A stretch of DNA of 60,111 nt. Source: Allosphingosinicella sp. (lineage in GTDB: Bacteria > Pseudomonadota > Alphaproteobacteria > Sphingomonadales > Sphingomonadaceae). A program made the position numbers and the translations under genes. The stretch covers positions 1 to 60,111 of the forward strand of contig JBKJZJ010000214.1 in assembly GCA_046715355.1 (NCBI GenBank), given 5' to 3'. Below are positions 38,879 through 49,350 of this stretch, one piece after another (position 1 is the first letter of the stretch; each line of letters begins with the position of its first letter). The notes under the pieces were generated by a model. It worked only from the letters and a program-made list of their open reading frames with translations. It was not told the DNA's origin and made no database searches.

Positions 38879-40306
38879 CTAGCTCGAAGCGCCCGAGCGC
38901 GAGCTGTTGGCTAACGGATTCCCGCCCATCGCCTTGAAAAGGTCAATGGCAGCTTCAAGCCGCTCCTGAAGCGCCACGGCCCTTGCATCCTCCGCTTCGA
39001 CAAGCCGTTGCTCAGCATCGAACAGGCGCTGCAGATCCGCTTCACCTTCAATATATTGCAGCCGGGCAAGCCGAGCTGTCAGTCGCGCCTCCTCCAGGAC
39101 CTCGATTAGCAAAATCTCTCTGGCTCGCGATCGGTCGACAGCCGTCAGTGCGTTTTCAACTTCGGCAAGCGAGGTCAGCAACACTTGCCGATAAAGTTCG
39201 ACACTCTCCACCTGGCGTGCCGCCGAGAGCTCGAGATTCGCCCGCAGCCGCCCGCGGTTGAAGATCGGCGCAAGCAGGTCGGCGCCGATCGCAAAGGTGC
39301 TGCTCAACGGCCCGGACAGGCTGGCCGCCTGCCCGAGCGCGCTCGCGTTCAGCCGGATGCGCGGAAAGAAAGCGGCGCGTGCTTGTTGGACGTCGCCGCC
39401 CGCGGCGTCGATCCGCGCTTCGGCGGCGCGAATGTCTGGCCGACGTATGATGAGCTCGCTCGGCTGGAGTGTCGCGAGGGTCGGCGGCGTCAGGGAGTCG
39501 AGCGAGGCCGGGGATAGCTGGAAGCGCGGCGCTTCCTCGCCGACGAGGATCGCCAGAGCGGTTCGCGTCCGGTCGAGCGACTGATCGAGGCGCAGCCTCT
39601 CGGTCTGCAGCTGGCGCACCTGGATCGTCTGCAGGCCGAGATCCACGCGCGTCGCGTCGCCGGCGTTCAGCCGGGCACGAATGATCCGCTCAAGCTCGAG
39701 CGCTTGTTCGACGTTCCGGTCCAGGAGGGCGATCCGCGCCGCCAGCGTGGCGCGCTGGACGTAGACGCGCGCGACGTCGGACTGGACGACGAGCAAGGTG
39801 GCGTCGCGGTCGAACTCGGCGGCACGCAGCCGATGCCGGGCCGCGCGGCGCTCGGCGCGGCCGGCTCCGAACAGATCGATGTCGAATGAAATATCTATCC
39901 CGCCGAAGGCATCGCTGAAGTCGAATGGATCGCCGGTGCGCTGGGTTCGCGTGCCGCTGAGGCCGGCGGAGCTGGTGACGACGGGAAGCATGGTGCCGCG
40001 CGCGGCACCAAAGAGGGCACGGGCCTGGCGGATACGCGCCTGGGTGATGCCGATGTCGGTATTGGCGGTCGACGCGCGCGCGAGCAGGCCTTCGAGCTCG
40101 GCCGAGCCGAGCGCCGCTCCGAGATTGGGGGCGCGTGATGCGGAAACCAGGTCGGGCGCGGCCGACGTCACTCCCTCCGCGCGGCTCCATTGGGTCGACA
40201 GTAATTCGGGCGCGACCTCCAGTCGGGCGTGCGGAACGCAGCCGGCCGCGACCAGCGGCACGAGGAAGCGCATGGCAGCGCGGCGGCTTTCGATCATCTT
40301 GCCCAT
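38879..40306 (-). CDS. Outer membrane factor lipoprotein (NodT/OprM family)
   Basis: Lipobox AAGC, FDIDLFG, RRPDIRAAE, APIFNRG. Confidence 0.93.
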   Translation of the reverse strand: MGKMIESRRAAMRFLVPLVAAGCVPHARLEVAPELLSTQWSRAEGVTSAAPDLVSASRAPNLGAALGSAELEGLLARASTANTDIGITQARIRQARALFGAARGTMLPVVTSSAGLSGTRTQRTGDPFDFSDAFGGIDISFDIDLFGAGRAERRAARHRLRAAEFDRDATLLVVQSDVARVYVQRATLAARIALLDRNVEQALELERIIRARLNAGDATRVDLGLQTIQVRQLQTERLRLDQSLDRTRTALAILVGEEAPRFQLSPASLDSLTPPTLATLQPSELIIRRPDIRAAEARIDAAGGDVQQARAAFFPRIRLNASALGQAASLSGPLSSTFAIGADLLAPIFNRGRLRANLELSAARQVESVELYRQVLLTSLAEVENALTAVDRSRAREILLIEVLEEARLTARLARLQYIEGEADLQRLFDAEQRLVEAEDARAVALQERLEAAIDLFKAMGGNPLANSSRSGASS

Positions 40307-40455
40307 CGGCCCCGAACTAGCGGCGTTCGGTTAATTTTGGCTAAGCCATCCCGCCCGGCCCGAATCGCCGCACCCAATGGTTCGGATGCGATTAACCGGC
40401 TTTTTATGTCTCGCCGCTACCTGCCGATGCTCACTGATCGAACGTGTTGCGGGGC

Positions 40456-41688
40456 ATGAACAAACAGCTTTTCCGAATGGAAGTGATCGATGCGGGCCGC
40501 GAGCGGCTGGCCGGCACCGTGGTTGCGGCGGTGCCACCGTCGTCCCGTCTCTACACAGGACTGCTGCTCGGCGTCGCCGCGATAATCGTCGCCATCCTGA
40601 TCTTCGGCAGCTACGCGACCAGCGCACGGGTGCGGGGAATCGTCGCCTATGACACTGGGATCGCGCGCGTATATCCCTCGACGCCCGCGGAGATCCGGCA
40701 GATTCACGTTCGCAACGGGGAAATAGTGCCTGCGGGCGCGCCGCTCGTTACTCTCTCTCTCGCCCAGGGTATGAACGGCGTCTCCGGTCAGCTGGCTCAG
40801 CTCGACAATCAGGACGCGGAACTGGCCCGCCAGATCGATCTAGCCGCCGACATCGGAACTGCCGAGGGTCAAAGGCTTGCACAGCAACGCACAAGCCTCG
40901 CCGCAGCGCTCTCGTCCCTGGAACGCCAGCGCGGCATTGCCGCCGGCCAAATCAGACTTGCCGAATCCGCGACGCGGCGTGCGGTGCAACTGGCGAGACA
41001 AGGGGCCGGCACGCAGCGCCAGGTCGAGGACAGCCGCTCGGCGCTCCTGGCGCGCCGCGCCGAGGTGGAGTCGCTCACCGAGCGGCTGATCACCCAGCGC
41101 GAGGCCCTGGCAACGACCGAGGCCCAAATTGCGCAGCGAACGCTGGAGACCAGCCGCACGCGCTCCGTTCTGCTCGCCCAGCGCGCGGCGCTGGCCGAGC
41201 AACGCGCCGAGCTCTTGCGCACCGATCGGCTGGTGCTGACCGCGCCGATCGCCGGCGAGGTCGGCGATGTCAGCGTCGAGGTCGGTCAGCGCGCCAGGCC
41301 GGATCAGTCGCTGGTCACGATCGTTCCACGCGATAGCCGCCTCGAAGTCTGGCTTTACGCGCCGTCGAGCGCTGTCGGTTTCGCACGACCAGGTCAGCAG
41401 GTGCGCCTCCTGTTCGATGCATTCCCCTACCAGAAATACGGCGCCGGGCGGGGCACCGTGACCGCGGTCTCTCGGGTGTCTACCGAGCCCAGCAACCTCG
41501 ATACGAACCTCGGCATAGAAGAACCGGTCTTCCGTATCCGAGTCCGCATCGACGAGATGGCGCCGCGCGTCCCGGCCGACCAGCGCGCGATGCGGCCGGG
41601 CATGACGCTCAACGCCCATCTCGTGCAAGAGCGGCGCAGCCTGTGGCAGGTGCTGTTTGGGCCGGTAATGGGGGCGCTGAGCTCGTGA
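40456..41688 (+). CDS. HlyD/CvaA/RaxA-type membrane fusion protein
   Basis: LFRMEV N-terminus, DAFPYQKYG, RPGMTL...ERRSLWQVLF. Confidence 0.93.
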   Translation: MNKQLFRMEVIDAGRERLAGTVVAAVPPSSRLYTGLLLGVAAIIVAILIFGSYATSARVRGIVAYDTGIARVYPSTPAEIRQIHVRNGEIVPAGAPLVTLSLAQGMNGVSGQLAQLDNQDAELARQIDLAADIGTAEGQRLAQQRTSLAAALSSLERQRGIAAGQIRLAESATRRAVQLARQGAGTQRQVEDSRSALLARRAEVESLTERLITQREALATTEAQIAQRTLETSRTRSVLLAQRAALAEQRAELLRTDRLVLTAPIAGEVGDVSVEVGQRARPDQSLVTIVPRDSRLEVWLYAPSSAVGFARPGQQVRLLFDAFPYQKYGAGRGTVTAVSRVSTEPSNLDTNLGIEEPVFRIRVRIDEMAPRVPADQRAMRPGMTLNAHLVQERRSLWQVLFGPVMGALSS

Positions 41689-43829
41689 GCGCGATCCAGT
41701 GGCCCTGGTCGCAGCGCATGCGTCCGCTGCTCCAAACCGAGGCGGCGGAATGCGGCCTGGCGTCGGTCGCTATGATCGCCCTCCATTACGGCCACCGCGT
41801 CAACCTGTCCGGCCTGCGCCAGCGCTACCCCACTTCTATCAAGGGCACCACGCTCGAACAGCTCATGGCGGTCGCCTCGGACCTGGAGCTGGCGCCGAGG
41901 GCCGTTCGGCTCGAGATCGACGAGCTCGGCAAGTTGCGGAAACCCGCGATCCTCCACTGGGATCTCAACCACTTCGTGGTGCTCGAAAGCGCCGGCCCCA
42001 AGGATGTGGTGATCCTCGATCCCGCGGTCGGCCGCCGAAGGATCTCGCTTGCCAAGTTTGGCCGCCACTTTACCGGTGTGGCTCTCGAGCTGACGCCGAC
42101 CTCGGATTTCCGGCCGATCGAGGCGCGCACGCGTACCCGGCTGAAGGATCTGTGGAGCCGGCTCACCAATTATCGTGGCGCGCTCATCCAGATTCTGTCG
42201 CTGTCGCTGCTGCTTCAGCTCACCGCGCTCATCGCGCCCCTCTATCTCCAACTGGTCGTCGACGAGGCGATCGGCCAGGGCAATGGCGGCCTGCTGCTCA
42301 TCCTGCTGATCGGGTTCGGCGTCGTCTACCTTCTGGGGGCGATCACCCGCGCCTTGCGAGAATGGGTGGTGCTGACGCTCGGCGAATCGCTGACCTTCCA
42401 AATGGGCGGGAATGTCGTCCGCCATCTCGTCCGCCTGCCGCTCGCCTATTTCGAGCGGCGCCACGTCGGGGATCTCCTGTCGCGGGTCGATTCGATCAAG
42501 CCGATTCAGTCGCTGCTTACCCAGGGCCTCGTCAACGTCCTGATCGATTCCGCCCTGATGCTCACGACCTTGTTCGTGATGGCGATGATCAGCCCGCTGC
42601 TGGCTCTCCTCGTCCTTGGTCTCACCGTCCTTTATCTGGTCTTCAGCCTGCTCCTCTATCCAGGCTTGCGGCGGCGCACCGAAGAGGAAATCATGGCGCG
42701 CGCCAACGAAGAAACCTATTTGATGGAGACGATACGCGCGATCCGCGCCATCAAGCTCCACGGCCACGAGGCGACGCGTGAGAGCGGCTGGCGCAACCGT
42801 TACGCCGAAGTCATTTCCGCCGCCTACCGCTCGCGAATCTACGACATCCAGCTCACCCTCGCCGAGAACTTGCTTTTCGGTCTGCAATTGTTGCTGATTG
42901 TCTACCTGGGCGCATTGGCCGTTCTCGACCAGCGCCTTACCGTCGGCCTGCTTCTCGCCTTCCTCGCCTACCGGAGCAGCTTCACCGGGAGCGCCGCGTC
43001 CTTGGTCCGGCAGCTGCAGAAATGGCGTCTTCTCAGTGTCCATCTGGAGCGCCTCTCCGACATTGTCGGGGAAAAGCGCGAGGATGTGCGCGTCAGTCCA
43101 CGTCAAGCGCTCCTTCCCGGGCCGGCCTTGCGGATCGAGGAGCTGACCTTCGCCTACGGCCCCTCGGAGGCGCCGATCTTCGAGAAGCTGAGTTTCGAGA
43201 TACCGTCGGGCGCGATGGTCGCCATCGTCGGTCCGTCGGGCGCCGGCAAGACAACCCTGATGCGCGTCCTGCTCGGCCTGCTGCCGCCAAGCTCGGGAAA
43301 GGTTCTGATCGACGGCGTTCCGCTCGGGCCGGCGACGATGGCCGCCTGGCGCGGTAGGATCGCGGCAGTGATGCAGGACGATTACCTCCTGACCGGGACG
43401 TTCGCCGACAATATCGCCTTCTTCGATCCGCAGCTCGACGATCGGCAGATCGAGCAATCGGCGCGGCTGGCCTGGATCCACAGCGACATCCTCCAGATGC
43501 CGATGGGCTACCAGAGCCTGGTCAGCGACATGGGGGTGGCGCTTTCGTCGGGTCAACGGCAGCGGATCTTGCTGGCGCGCGCCCTCTATCGCGACCCCGA
43601 CGCCCTCTTTCTCGACGAGGGAACGGCAAATCTGGACGAGGAGACCGAGGCCAGGATCGTACACATGATCGCGGCGCTGCCGTCGACCCGCGTGGTGATC
43701 GCGCACCGGCCGGCGATGATCGAGCGCGCCGATATCGTCCTGCGCCTCGACCAGGGCCGGCTGGTCGCCCAAGCGCGGCCGGCGAATGCCCTGCCAGCGG
43801 GGCGAGCAATCGTGCCGGATGGAGCATAA
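41685..43829 (+). CDS. Peptidase C39-containing ABC transporter (PCAT, CvaB/RaxB-like)
   Basis: QTEAAECGLA (Cys), HWDLNHFVV (His), ILDPA (Asp); GPSGAGKTT, LSSGQRQR, LDEGT. Confidence 0.96.
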   Translation: MSAIQWPWSQRMRPLLQTEAAECGLASVAMIALHYGHRVNLSGLRQRYPTSIKGTTLEQLMAVASDLELAPRAVRLEIDELGKLRKPAILHWDLNHFVVLESAGPKDVVILDPAVGRRRISLAKFGRHFTGVALELTPTSDFRPIEARTRTRLKDLWSRLTNYRGALIQILSLSLLLQLTALIAPLYLQLVVDEAIGQGNGGLLLILLIGFGVVYLLGAITRALREWVVLTLGESLTFQMGGNVVRHLVRLPLAYFERRHVGDLLSRVDSIKPIQSLLTQGLVNVLIDSALMLTTLFVMAMISPLLALLVLGLTVLYLVFSLLLYPGLRRRTEEEIMARANEETYLMETIRAIRAIKLHGHEATRESGWRNRYAEVISAAYRSRIYDIQLTLAENLLFGLQLLLIVYLGALAVLDQRLTVGLLLAFLAYRSSFTGSAASLVRQLQKWRLLSVHLERLSDIVGEKREDVRVSPRQALLPGPALRIEELTFAYGPSEAPIFEKLSFEIPSGAMVAIVGPSGAGKTTLMRVLLGLLPPSSGKVLIDGVPLGPATMAAWRGRIAAVMQDDYLLTGTFADNIAFFDPQLDDRQIEQSARLAWIHSDILQMPMGYQSLVSDMGVALSSGQRQRILLARALYRDPDALFLDEGTANLDEETEARIVHMIAALPSTRVVIAHRPAMIERADIVLRLDQGRLVAQARPANALPAGRAIVPDGA

Positions 43830-43833
43830 GAGA

Positions 43834-44799
43834 ATGAACGCGCAACCGATTCCAAGCCGCCGCCATGCGCGGGACATTCCGCAGCATGAGGAAATCTGGC
43901 TTCTGGGCCAGCCGCCGCTGCAGGGCTATCTCGAGTTCGTGGAGGAAATGGCGATCGCCGACGGGTCGGTCGCCCGTGCTACCCTCGTAGACGAATGGCG
44001 CGCGGCAAACGATTATTACGGGGAGCTCGAAGAGACCGAGGCCGGCATCGCGGACGAAGTGGAGATATTCGACATCGATCCAGCCCTTCAGCCGCTGGCG
44101 GACGCGGTCGCGGCCGATCCTCGATTCCGCCGCGCATTCGACACCCTGCCGACCCGCTTCGCGATGGTCGAGATCGACCGGCTGGTGGTCGGTCATCCGT
44201 ATGTCAGCCGGGATCATATCGACAGGATATGCACTGGGATCGGTTCCGCGCCGACCCCGGAGGCACTGTTTCATTTCTGCCAGCCGCTCGACCGCGTCGA
44301 GGCTCCGGTGCAGGTCCGCAAGACGGGGGCCCATTCTTATATGTTCTGGTCGGCGTCCAGCGACTTCCGCTACCAGGAGACCGAGCTCCTGCGCGCGGCG
44401 CAGATTGCCGGATACGAACCGCTCGGGCCTCTCGGCGGAATGGTCGGCGTTATGGTCGGATTCGGCTCCAACTTCGTGAACGCCATCCAGTCCGACGACC
44501 GGCTGCTTTTGCACAACGGCCACCATCGGGTTTGCGCGCTGCGCGCGCTCGGTATCACCCACGCGCCCTGCATCGTGCAGAGCGTGACCCGGCTCGACGA
44601 GCTCAGACTCGTTGCCTCACGCTCGGTTCTGGACGATCCCGCTTTCTATTTTCGGTCGAAACGCCCGCCGCTCCTGAAGGATTTTTTCGACCCCAGGATC
44701 CGCAAGATCGTGCCGGTTCGCAGCATGGCGAACGTGGTCGAGGTCTCGATCGAGGTCAAAGAGCTAAAGAAGACGAGGGACTTCGGCGGCACGGATTGA
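43834..44799 (+). CDS. ParB/sulfiredoxin-fold protein without HTH
   Basis: LLLHNGHHRVCALRALGITHAPCIV matches the ParB/Srx GxHR motif; 4 nt after the PCAT stop. Confidence 0.7.
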   Translation: MNAQPIPSRRHARDIPQHEEIWLLGQPPLQGYLEFVEEMAIADGSVARATLVDEWRAANDYYGELEETEAGIADEVEIFDIDPALQPLADAVAADPRFRRAFDTLPTRFAMVEIDRLVVGHPYVSRDHIDRICTGIGSAPTPEALFHFCQPLDRVEAPVQVRKTGAHSYMFWSASSDFRYQETELLRAAQIAGYEPLGPLGGMVGVMVGFGSNFVNAIQSDDRLLLHNGHHRVCALRALGITHAPCIVQSVTRLDELRLVASRSVLDDPAFYFRSKRPPLLKDFFDPRIRKIVPVRSMANVVEVSIEVKELKKTRDFGGTD

Positions 44800-44887
44800 T
44801 TCACCGAAAAGCGCGGGCCCCGCGCAGGCTTGCGCGGAGCCGCTACCGGCGACCCCGCGCATAACCCAGAGCAATGGTGGATCGGCC

Positions 44888-45061
44888 TTAGCTGCTGCCA
44901 CCCCGGCCGCGACCGCGGCTGCCGCTGCTGCCGCCACGGCGGCCGCTGCCGCTACCGCTGCGGCCCTTGCACTTGTTCTTGCGCTTGGGAGGCCGGGGGG
45001 ACTTGCCCTTGCCGCCGGCGCCATAGACCTGGGTCAGTTCCTCTTTGAAAAGATCGCGCAT
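44888..45061 (-). CDS. 57-aa GA-leader precursor peptide A with cationic G/S/R/K core
   Basis: RBS acaggagat; MRDLFKEELTQVYGA|GGKGKSPRPPKRKNKCKGRSGSGSGRRGGSSGSRGRGRGGSS. Confidence 0.85.
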   Translation of the reverse strand: MRDLFKEELTQVYGAGGKGKSPRPPKRKNKCKGRSGSGSGRRGGSSGSRGRGRGGSS

Positions 45062-45330
45062 TTCGCATCTCCTGTTTACGACGACTCGCGGCGCGGATGA
45101 GCGAACGAGAGCGCCGACACTCGACCATCTCGAATTGCGCGGGCCTTGGCCAGTGGCGAAAAAGACCCAGTCCCGGATTGGTACACCGCCTGCTCCAAAA
45201 GTTGTTGAAGTCACATTTGCCAGCGCGCGGAAGCCTTTAACCAAGCCGAAAAGGATGCTGACCTAAAGAAGGCGATCAGGGCCCCCGCCTTCCGCGCAGA
45301 ACGAATGCGCGAGCCACCGAAGGGACGAGC

Positions 45331-46062
45331 GTGATCGAGTTTCGTATCAACCCCAATCTCGACCTGGAATCTCTCGCGCGTGCCTATGCGGCGGATGGTC
45401 GTGTCCGCGTCTATAGCCTGCTCGCCAATGACGATGTCGCCGCGCTGCTCGATGATCTGGCCGCCAGGGACGATTGGTGGCATTTGATCAATACGCCCGA
45501 CGGCATGATCGAGCTCGATCGCGCCGCCCGCGCCAGGATGAGCGCGAAGCGCCTGGCAGCACTCGACAGCGAAGTTCACGCCCGCGCCCGCACCGGGTTC
45601 CAATACCGTTATGAGGCGCTCCGCGTGCCCGACGACGAGGACGAAGAGGCGGAGGGCGAGGACGCGTTGTCCGACTTCGCGGAGCTGATGTCGTCCGAGC
45701 CGATGCTCGATGTGCTGCGGGCGATCACCGCTTGCACCGACCTCACCTTCACCGACGGGCATGCGACCGCTTACGGCCCGGGCGATTTCCTGACCTGCCA
45801 TGACGACGATGTCGCCGGCAAGAATCGGCGGGCCGCCTACGTGTTCGGCCTGACCCGGAATTGGCGGCCGGAATGGGGTGGGCTGTTACTGTTCCACGAC
45901 GACAAGGACAGGACGGTGGCGGGCCAGGTGCCCGGATTCAACACTCTCGACCTGTTCGCGGTGCCGCGGCGCCACAGCGTGTCGATCGTGACCCCGGCCG
46001 CGCCCGCTCGCCGCTACGCCGTCACGGGCTGGCTTCGCGCGGGCGCGCCTGGGGCGCGGTAG
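45331..46062 (+). CDS. 2OG-Fe(II) oxygenase, prolyl hydroxylase-like
   Basis: FLTCHDD (HxD), WGGLL, RHSVS (His), RYAVTGW (Arg). Confidence 0.9.
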   Translation: MIEFRINPNLDLESLARAYAADGRVRVYSLLANDDVAALLDDLAARDDWWHLINTPDGMIELDRAARARMSAKRLAALDSEVHARARTGFQYRYEALRVPDDEDEEAEGEDALSDFAELMSSEPMLDVLRAITACTDLTFTDGHATAYGPGDFLTCHDDDVAGKNRRAAYVFGLTRNWRPEWGGLLLFHDDKDRTVAGQVPGFNTLDLFAVPRRHSVSIVTPAAPARRYAVTGWLRAGAPGAR

Positions 46063-46215
46063 GGTCTGATCATCGCTCCGCGTGATTGCGGGCGCGGTAG
46101 TGATCATGCTGACTGGCTGGCAGTGGGTGGACGCAAGCGCGGCCATTCTCCAACGGGGTGTTTCAAAATGAGATGCGGTCTTCACCCGAATTTCACGGCG
46201 GCAGCGTAAGCGCCC

Positions 46216-46608
46216 TTGGTGGAAAATCTGCGTCCAATCCCTGCGGTGTTGATCAGCATCGAACCTGGCGCGAATGCCCAGTTCCGGCGCAGGTTGATTC
46301 TTGGCCAGGGCATAGCTGGCGCGACCGAGAGCGCGGTCCGTGTTATCGATATAACGCCGAACTTCTCCGTTATTGTGGGGTTTGGGAAGCCGCCAAGCCA
46401 AGCTGCCCAGGTGTGGTTGAAACTACCCGGACGGGAGCCCTTGAAGGTATTGGCATTCGCGGAATCAGAAGGCTGCTTGACGTGCCAATTTCTGCAGCCG
46501 TTGCGCGATGGTGAATTCGTAGCAATAGTCGGCAGTCCCCCAGCACAGGGTGCGGGCGGCCCGCGGGTCCACCCACGATGCACTATTCTTCGACCGTCGG
46601 ATGGTTAG
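46216..46608 (+). CDS. Possible degenerate PilZ-like protein
   Basis: VRVIDITPN...VWLKLPG...CQFLQPL weakly PilZ-like. Confidence 0.35.
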   Translation: MVENLRPIPAVLISIEPGANAQFRRRLILGQGIAGATESAVRVIDITPNFSVIVGFGKPPSQAAQVWLKLPGREPLKVLAFAESEGCLTCQFLQPLRDGEFVAIVGSPPAQGAGGPRVHPRCTILRPSDG

Positions 46609-47118
46609 GAGGAGGCGCGGCGCGCATTGCCAACGTGCGACTGTATCGGACGGCCCGCGCCGCGGCGGCTGCCAGTCGGGGGCGCAACCTGACCGGAGGC
46701 TGCCATTCCCGCCGAAATGATCGCCAACCGCGTGCCAGGTTATGAGAAGGCCCTAAATCACCCTGACTGCCGCCCGCTGAACGTTCGCACATGGCGTGCA
46801 CGAAGATTGCCGATTCAATGCCCTTCGGCGAGTAGCTGGCGCACCAGATGCTCGCGCCCCGCGATCTGGCCGGCGAGGCGCCCGGCCCAATATGACACGC
46901 GCCGAATGGTTCGCCGCCCGACGGTCGTGGATGGAACAACGTGATGCATCGAGGCGGCAACATGGCCGTCGTGGCCACTAACACCTAAGCGATCACCCCC
47001 GCGGAAATGGCCTTCTTCAGGTCTTCGACGGGGACCTTGTGATAGCTCGGGAGGCGGTCAAGAGTCGCCTTTGATCCTGCAACCGTTCGCAGTTGATGGC
47101 GCCGGCGCACTGCCGCGC

Positions 47119-47487
47119 CTATCGATTCAGAAACTCAGCCCAATGGCGTTCCAGCTGCCGAGAAAGCTTCTTGACCGGCTTGTGCAAGGGTGTCGCGGCG
47201 GACCCGGCGGAAGTCTGGCCTGGTGTTCGGAACTCATGGAGATTCAACGGGTCGACAAATTCGATGCCGATCCTTCCGTCATCGGCCCAAGCTATCCGCG
47301 CTGATACGCTGAGATCGCCGCGAGAGATCTGGACTTCGGTGCCTGGCGCGACGAACCCGGGATATTCAGCACACGCTCCCAGGCTGGACAGGTTCGTGAG
47401 CTTCACCTCGACGTCGCCGCAATCCCAACTCAGCATAGCGGTCAGAAAGACACGGTCGCGCTTGTCTCGCCGGTGCTCGACATTCAT
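47119..47487 (-). CDS. PilZ-domain protein
   Basis: RRDKRDRV (RxxxR), NLSSLGA (D/NxSxxG), ARIAW...IGIEF. Confidence 0.85.
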   Translation of the reverse strand: MNVEHRRDKRDRVFLTAMLSWDCGDVEVKLTNLSSLGACAEYPGFVAPGTEVQISRGDLSVSARIAWADDGRIGIEFVDPLNLHEFRTPGQTSAGSAATPLHKPVKKLSRQLERHWAEFLNR

Positions 47488-47844
47488 GGTGCGAAACCTT
47501 CAGCTCATTCCTTGGCGAACGCTCGCCTTAAGCGGAAAAACCTGTGTTTCGATTAACGGCTCAGCGCCGCCGCGCCACAGCGCCGTTTCGGCGTCAGTTG
47601 GTCCATCGCTCTCTCTCGATCCCCCTCAGACGGGGCGGGACCCTTTGCCGAAAATGCCCCCTTCATCTCCCCGCGTCCTAGCTGGCAGACGGGCCATGGC
47701 GCAAGGCCCCCACATGTCGGAAGGGGATAGGCGTCGAAGGTTTGCGTGCCGGCGAGCCCACGGAAGCGCCTAGATCAGCAATGATCGAGGCGTTTCCTGA
47801 TACGCGGCTTGCGCCGGCTCACGTGACTGGAAATACCGCGCTGA

Positions 47845-48027
47845 TCAGCGAGGGCCCCTGGGCCCGGAGTTCCAAGTCGTCAATTGAGGGTTGTGGGCGC
47901 CGGAATTGCCGGGAGGCGGACCCGATTCAGCACCGTTGCCATAGCCATTATTGTTCTTGCTGCGTGTGCAGGACGAGGAGCCGGCTCCGCTGACGAGCTT
48001 GAGCTCGAAGTCGTGAAGATCGCGCAT
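47845..48027 (-). CDS. 60-aa GA-leader precursor peptide B with N/G/P/S-rich core
   Basis: RBS acaggagat; MRDLHDFELKLVSGA|GSSSCTRSKNNNGYGNGAESGPPPGNSGAHNPQLTTWNSGPRGPR. Confidence 0.85.
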   Translation of the reverse strand: MRDLHDFELKLVSGAGSSSCTRSKNNNGYGNGAESGPPPGNSGAHNPQLTTWNSGPRGPR

Positions 48028-48326
48028 TGGAATCTCCTGTTGGGGAGCTTTTTTCAACTCCCATCGACCGCCATCTCCGGCGGCACGCGCCTGACTGACA
48101 GCGGAAATCGAGTTCAACAAACGCAATTATTCGGGCGTCCCCGTTCGGCACATTCGATGTCCTGTTCATGTCCGACTTGGGCGCAAATCAGACGTTCGCA
48201 GCGGGTGACCAATCTCCTCTGTGGGTCATAGTGTGGGAGAGGCTGACAAACCAGCATAACATTTCATCGACTATCAACTGGTTAGGCTCAGCCATGCTGT
48301 GGATGATGTGTCCGCCGAACCGGGAA

Positions 48327-48745
48327 TCAGGAAGCCACAGACTCATGGCTAAGTAGCGCTTCGATGCGGGCTAGTCGTTCCTCGGTTGTCGGAGCGCGCG
48401 CTTGCTCAGCTGCGGGGAACGACCTCATGATCTCGCCCTGGCGATATGTCTCGACCTCTCCGTAATTTAAAAAGGTCGTCGACGGCTGCTCGTGGCCCAA
48501 ATTCTGGCTCCATGCCTTGAACTCTTCCGGCGTCCGGCAAATCCGCTCACCCAGGCGGGCAAGCGTTATTCGGAAGCTGTGCGGGTTGAAGGAGGGCTGG
48601 ACGGCCGCTGCAAAGGCGCGACGGAAGATTTTCCTGATCGGGTCCGCGTTGGCCCAAATGGTGCGTTTCAGACCAACCGCGGCGAAGCGCCGCTCGGCGT
48701 CCAGCGCCACTTCGGTCGCAGGGAAGAGCGGATCGTCATCGCCCT
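48327..48745 (-). pseudogene. Tyrosine recombinase C-terminal fragment
   Basis: DPLFPAT, NPHSFR, QNLGHE...NYG motifs; N-terminal half absent. Confidence 0.8.
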
Positions 48746-49350
48746 AGGTAGAGTGCGCGAGTCGCCGAGTCGCCGACCTAGCGACTCGACCAGTTAACCG
48801 ACCGATTGGTCACTTTTGTGAACATTTAACTGAGGTACCACGGCCTCGGAATGCAAAAAAGCTATGTTACACAACGAGCTAGCCTGTGGAAAAACGACTC
48901 GGATTCTATTGACGAATGCGGTAAATACGGGATTAGGGATTCTGGTCTCAGAAATGCGAATGCACTTCGAGCACATGTAAGAATTCCGAAAGAACGGCTT
49001 CTACGCTTCGCGCGGTAGATTTGCAAGGGGATACACCATGGCACACCAAATCGGGCTTTCTGAAAGGCGCACCTTCGGCCTCATCGGAGACTCAAGTGAA
49101 CGCGGTCCCCCTGCCTAATCAGTCTCAAAGCGTTCGTCGCCTCGCGCAGGCGACTCACGTGACGGGTGGAATCTGTGCCTTGAAGGGTCGCTGGAGAAAT
49201 CCGCGACCTTTGTTTTTGAAGGGGGATTGAACGGGGGATTTTGGCCCGGGCCGTGTTGCCCTCCGAGGCCAAAAACAAAAGGGGCGAAGAGCATTAGCAG
49301 TGCTCTCCGCCCCAGAGCGGCGACCCCACTACCTCCCGAGGGAGGACGCC

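Noticed and set aside
40456-44799. raxSTAB or colicin V locus
   Set aside because: The transporters are of that type, but there is no sulfotransferase and the peptides resemble neither RaxX nor colicin V
43834-44799. Partition protein ParB
   Set aside because: No HTH, no parA and no parS-like repeats; operonic with the peptide exporter
46717-46944. Third precursor peptide or small gene
   Set aside because: No GA/GG leader and no clear RBS; cannot be supported
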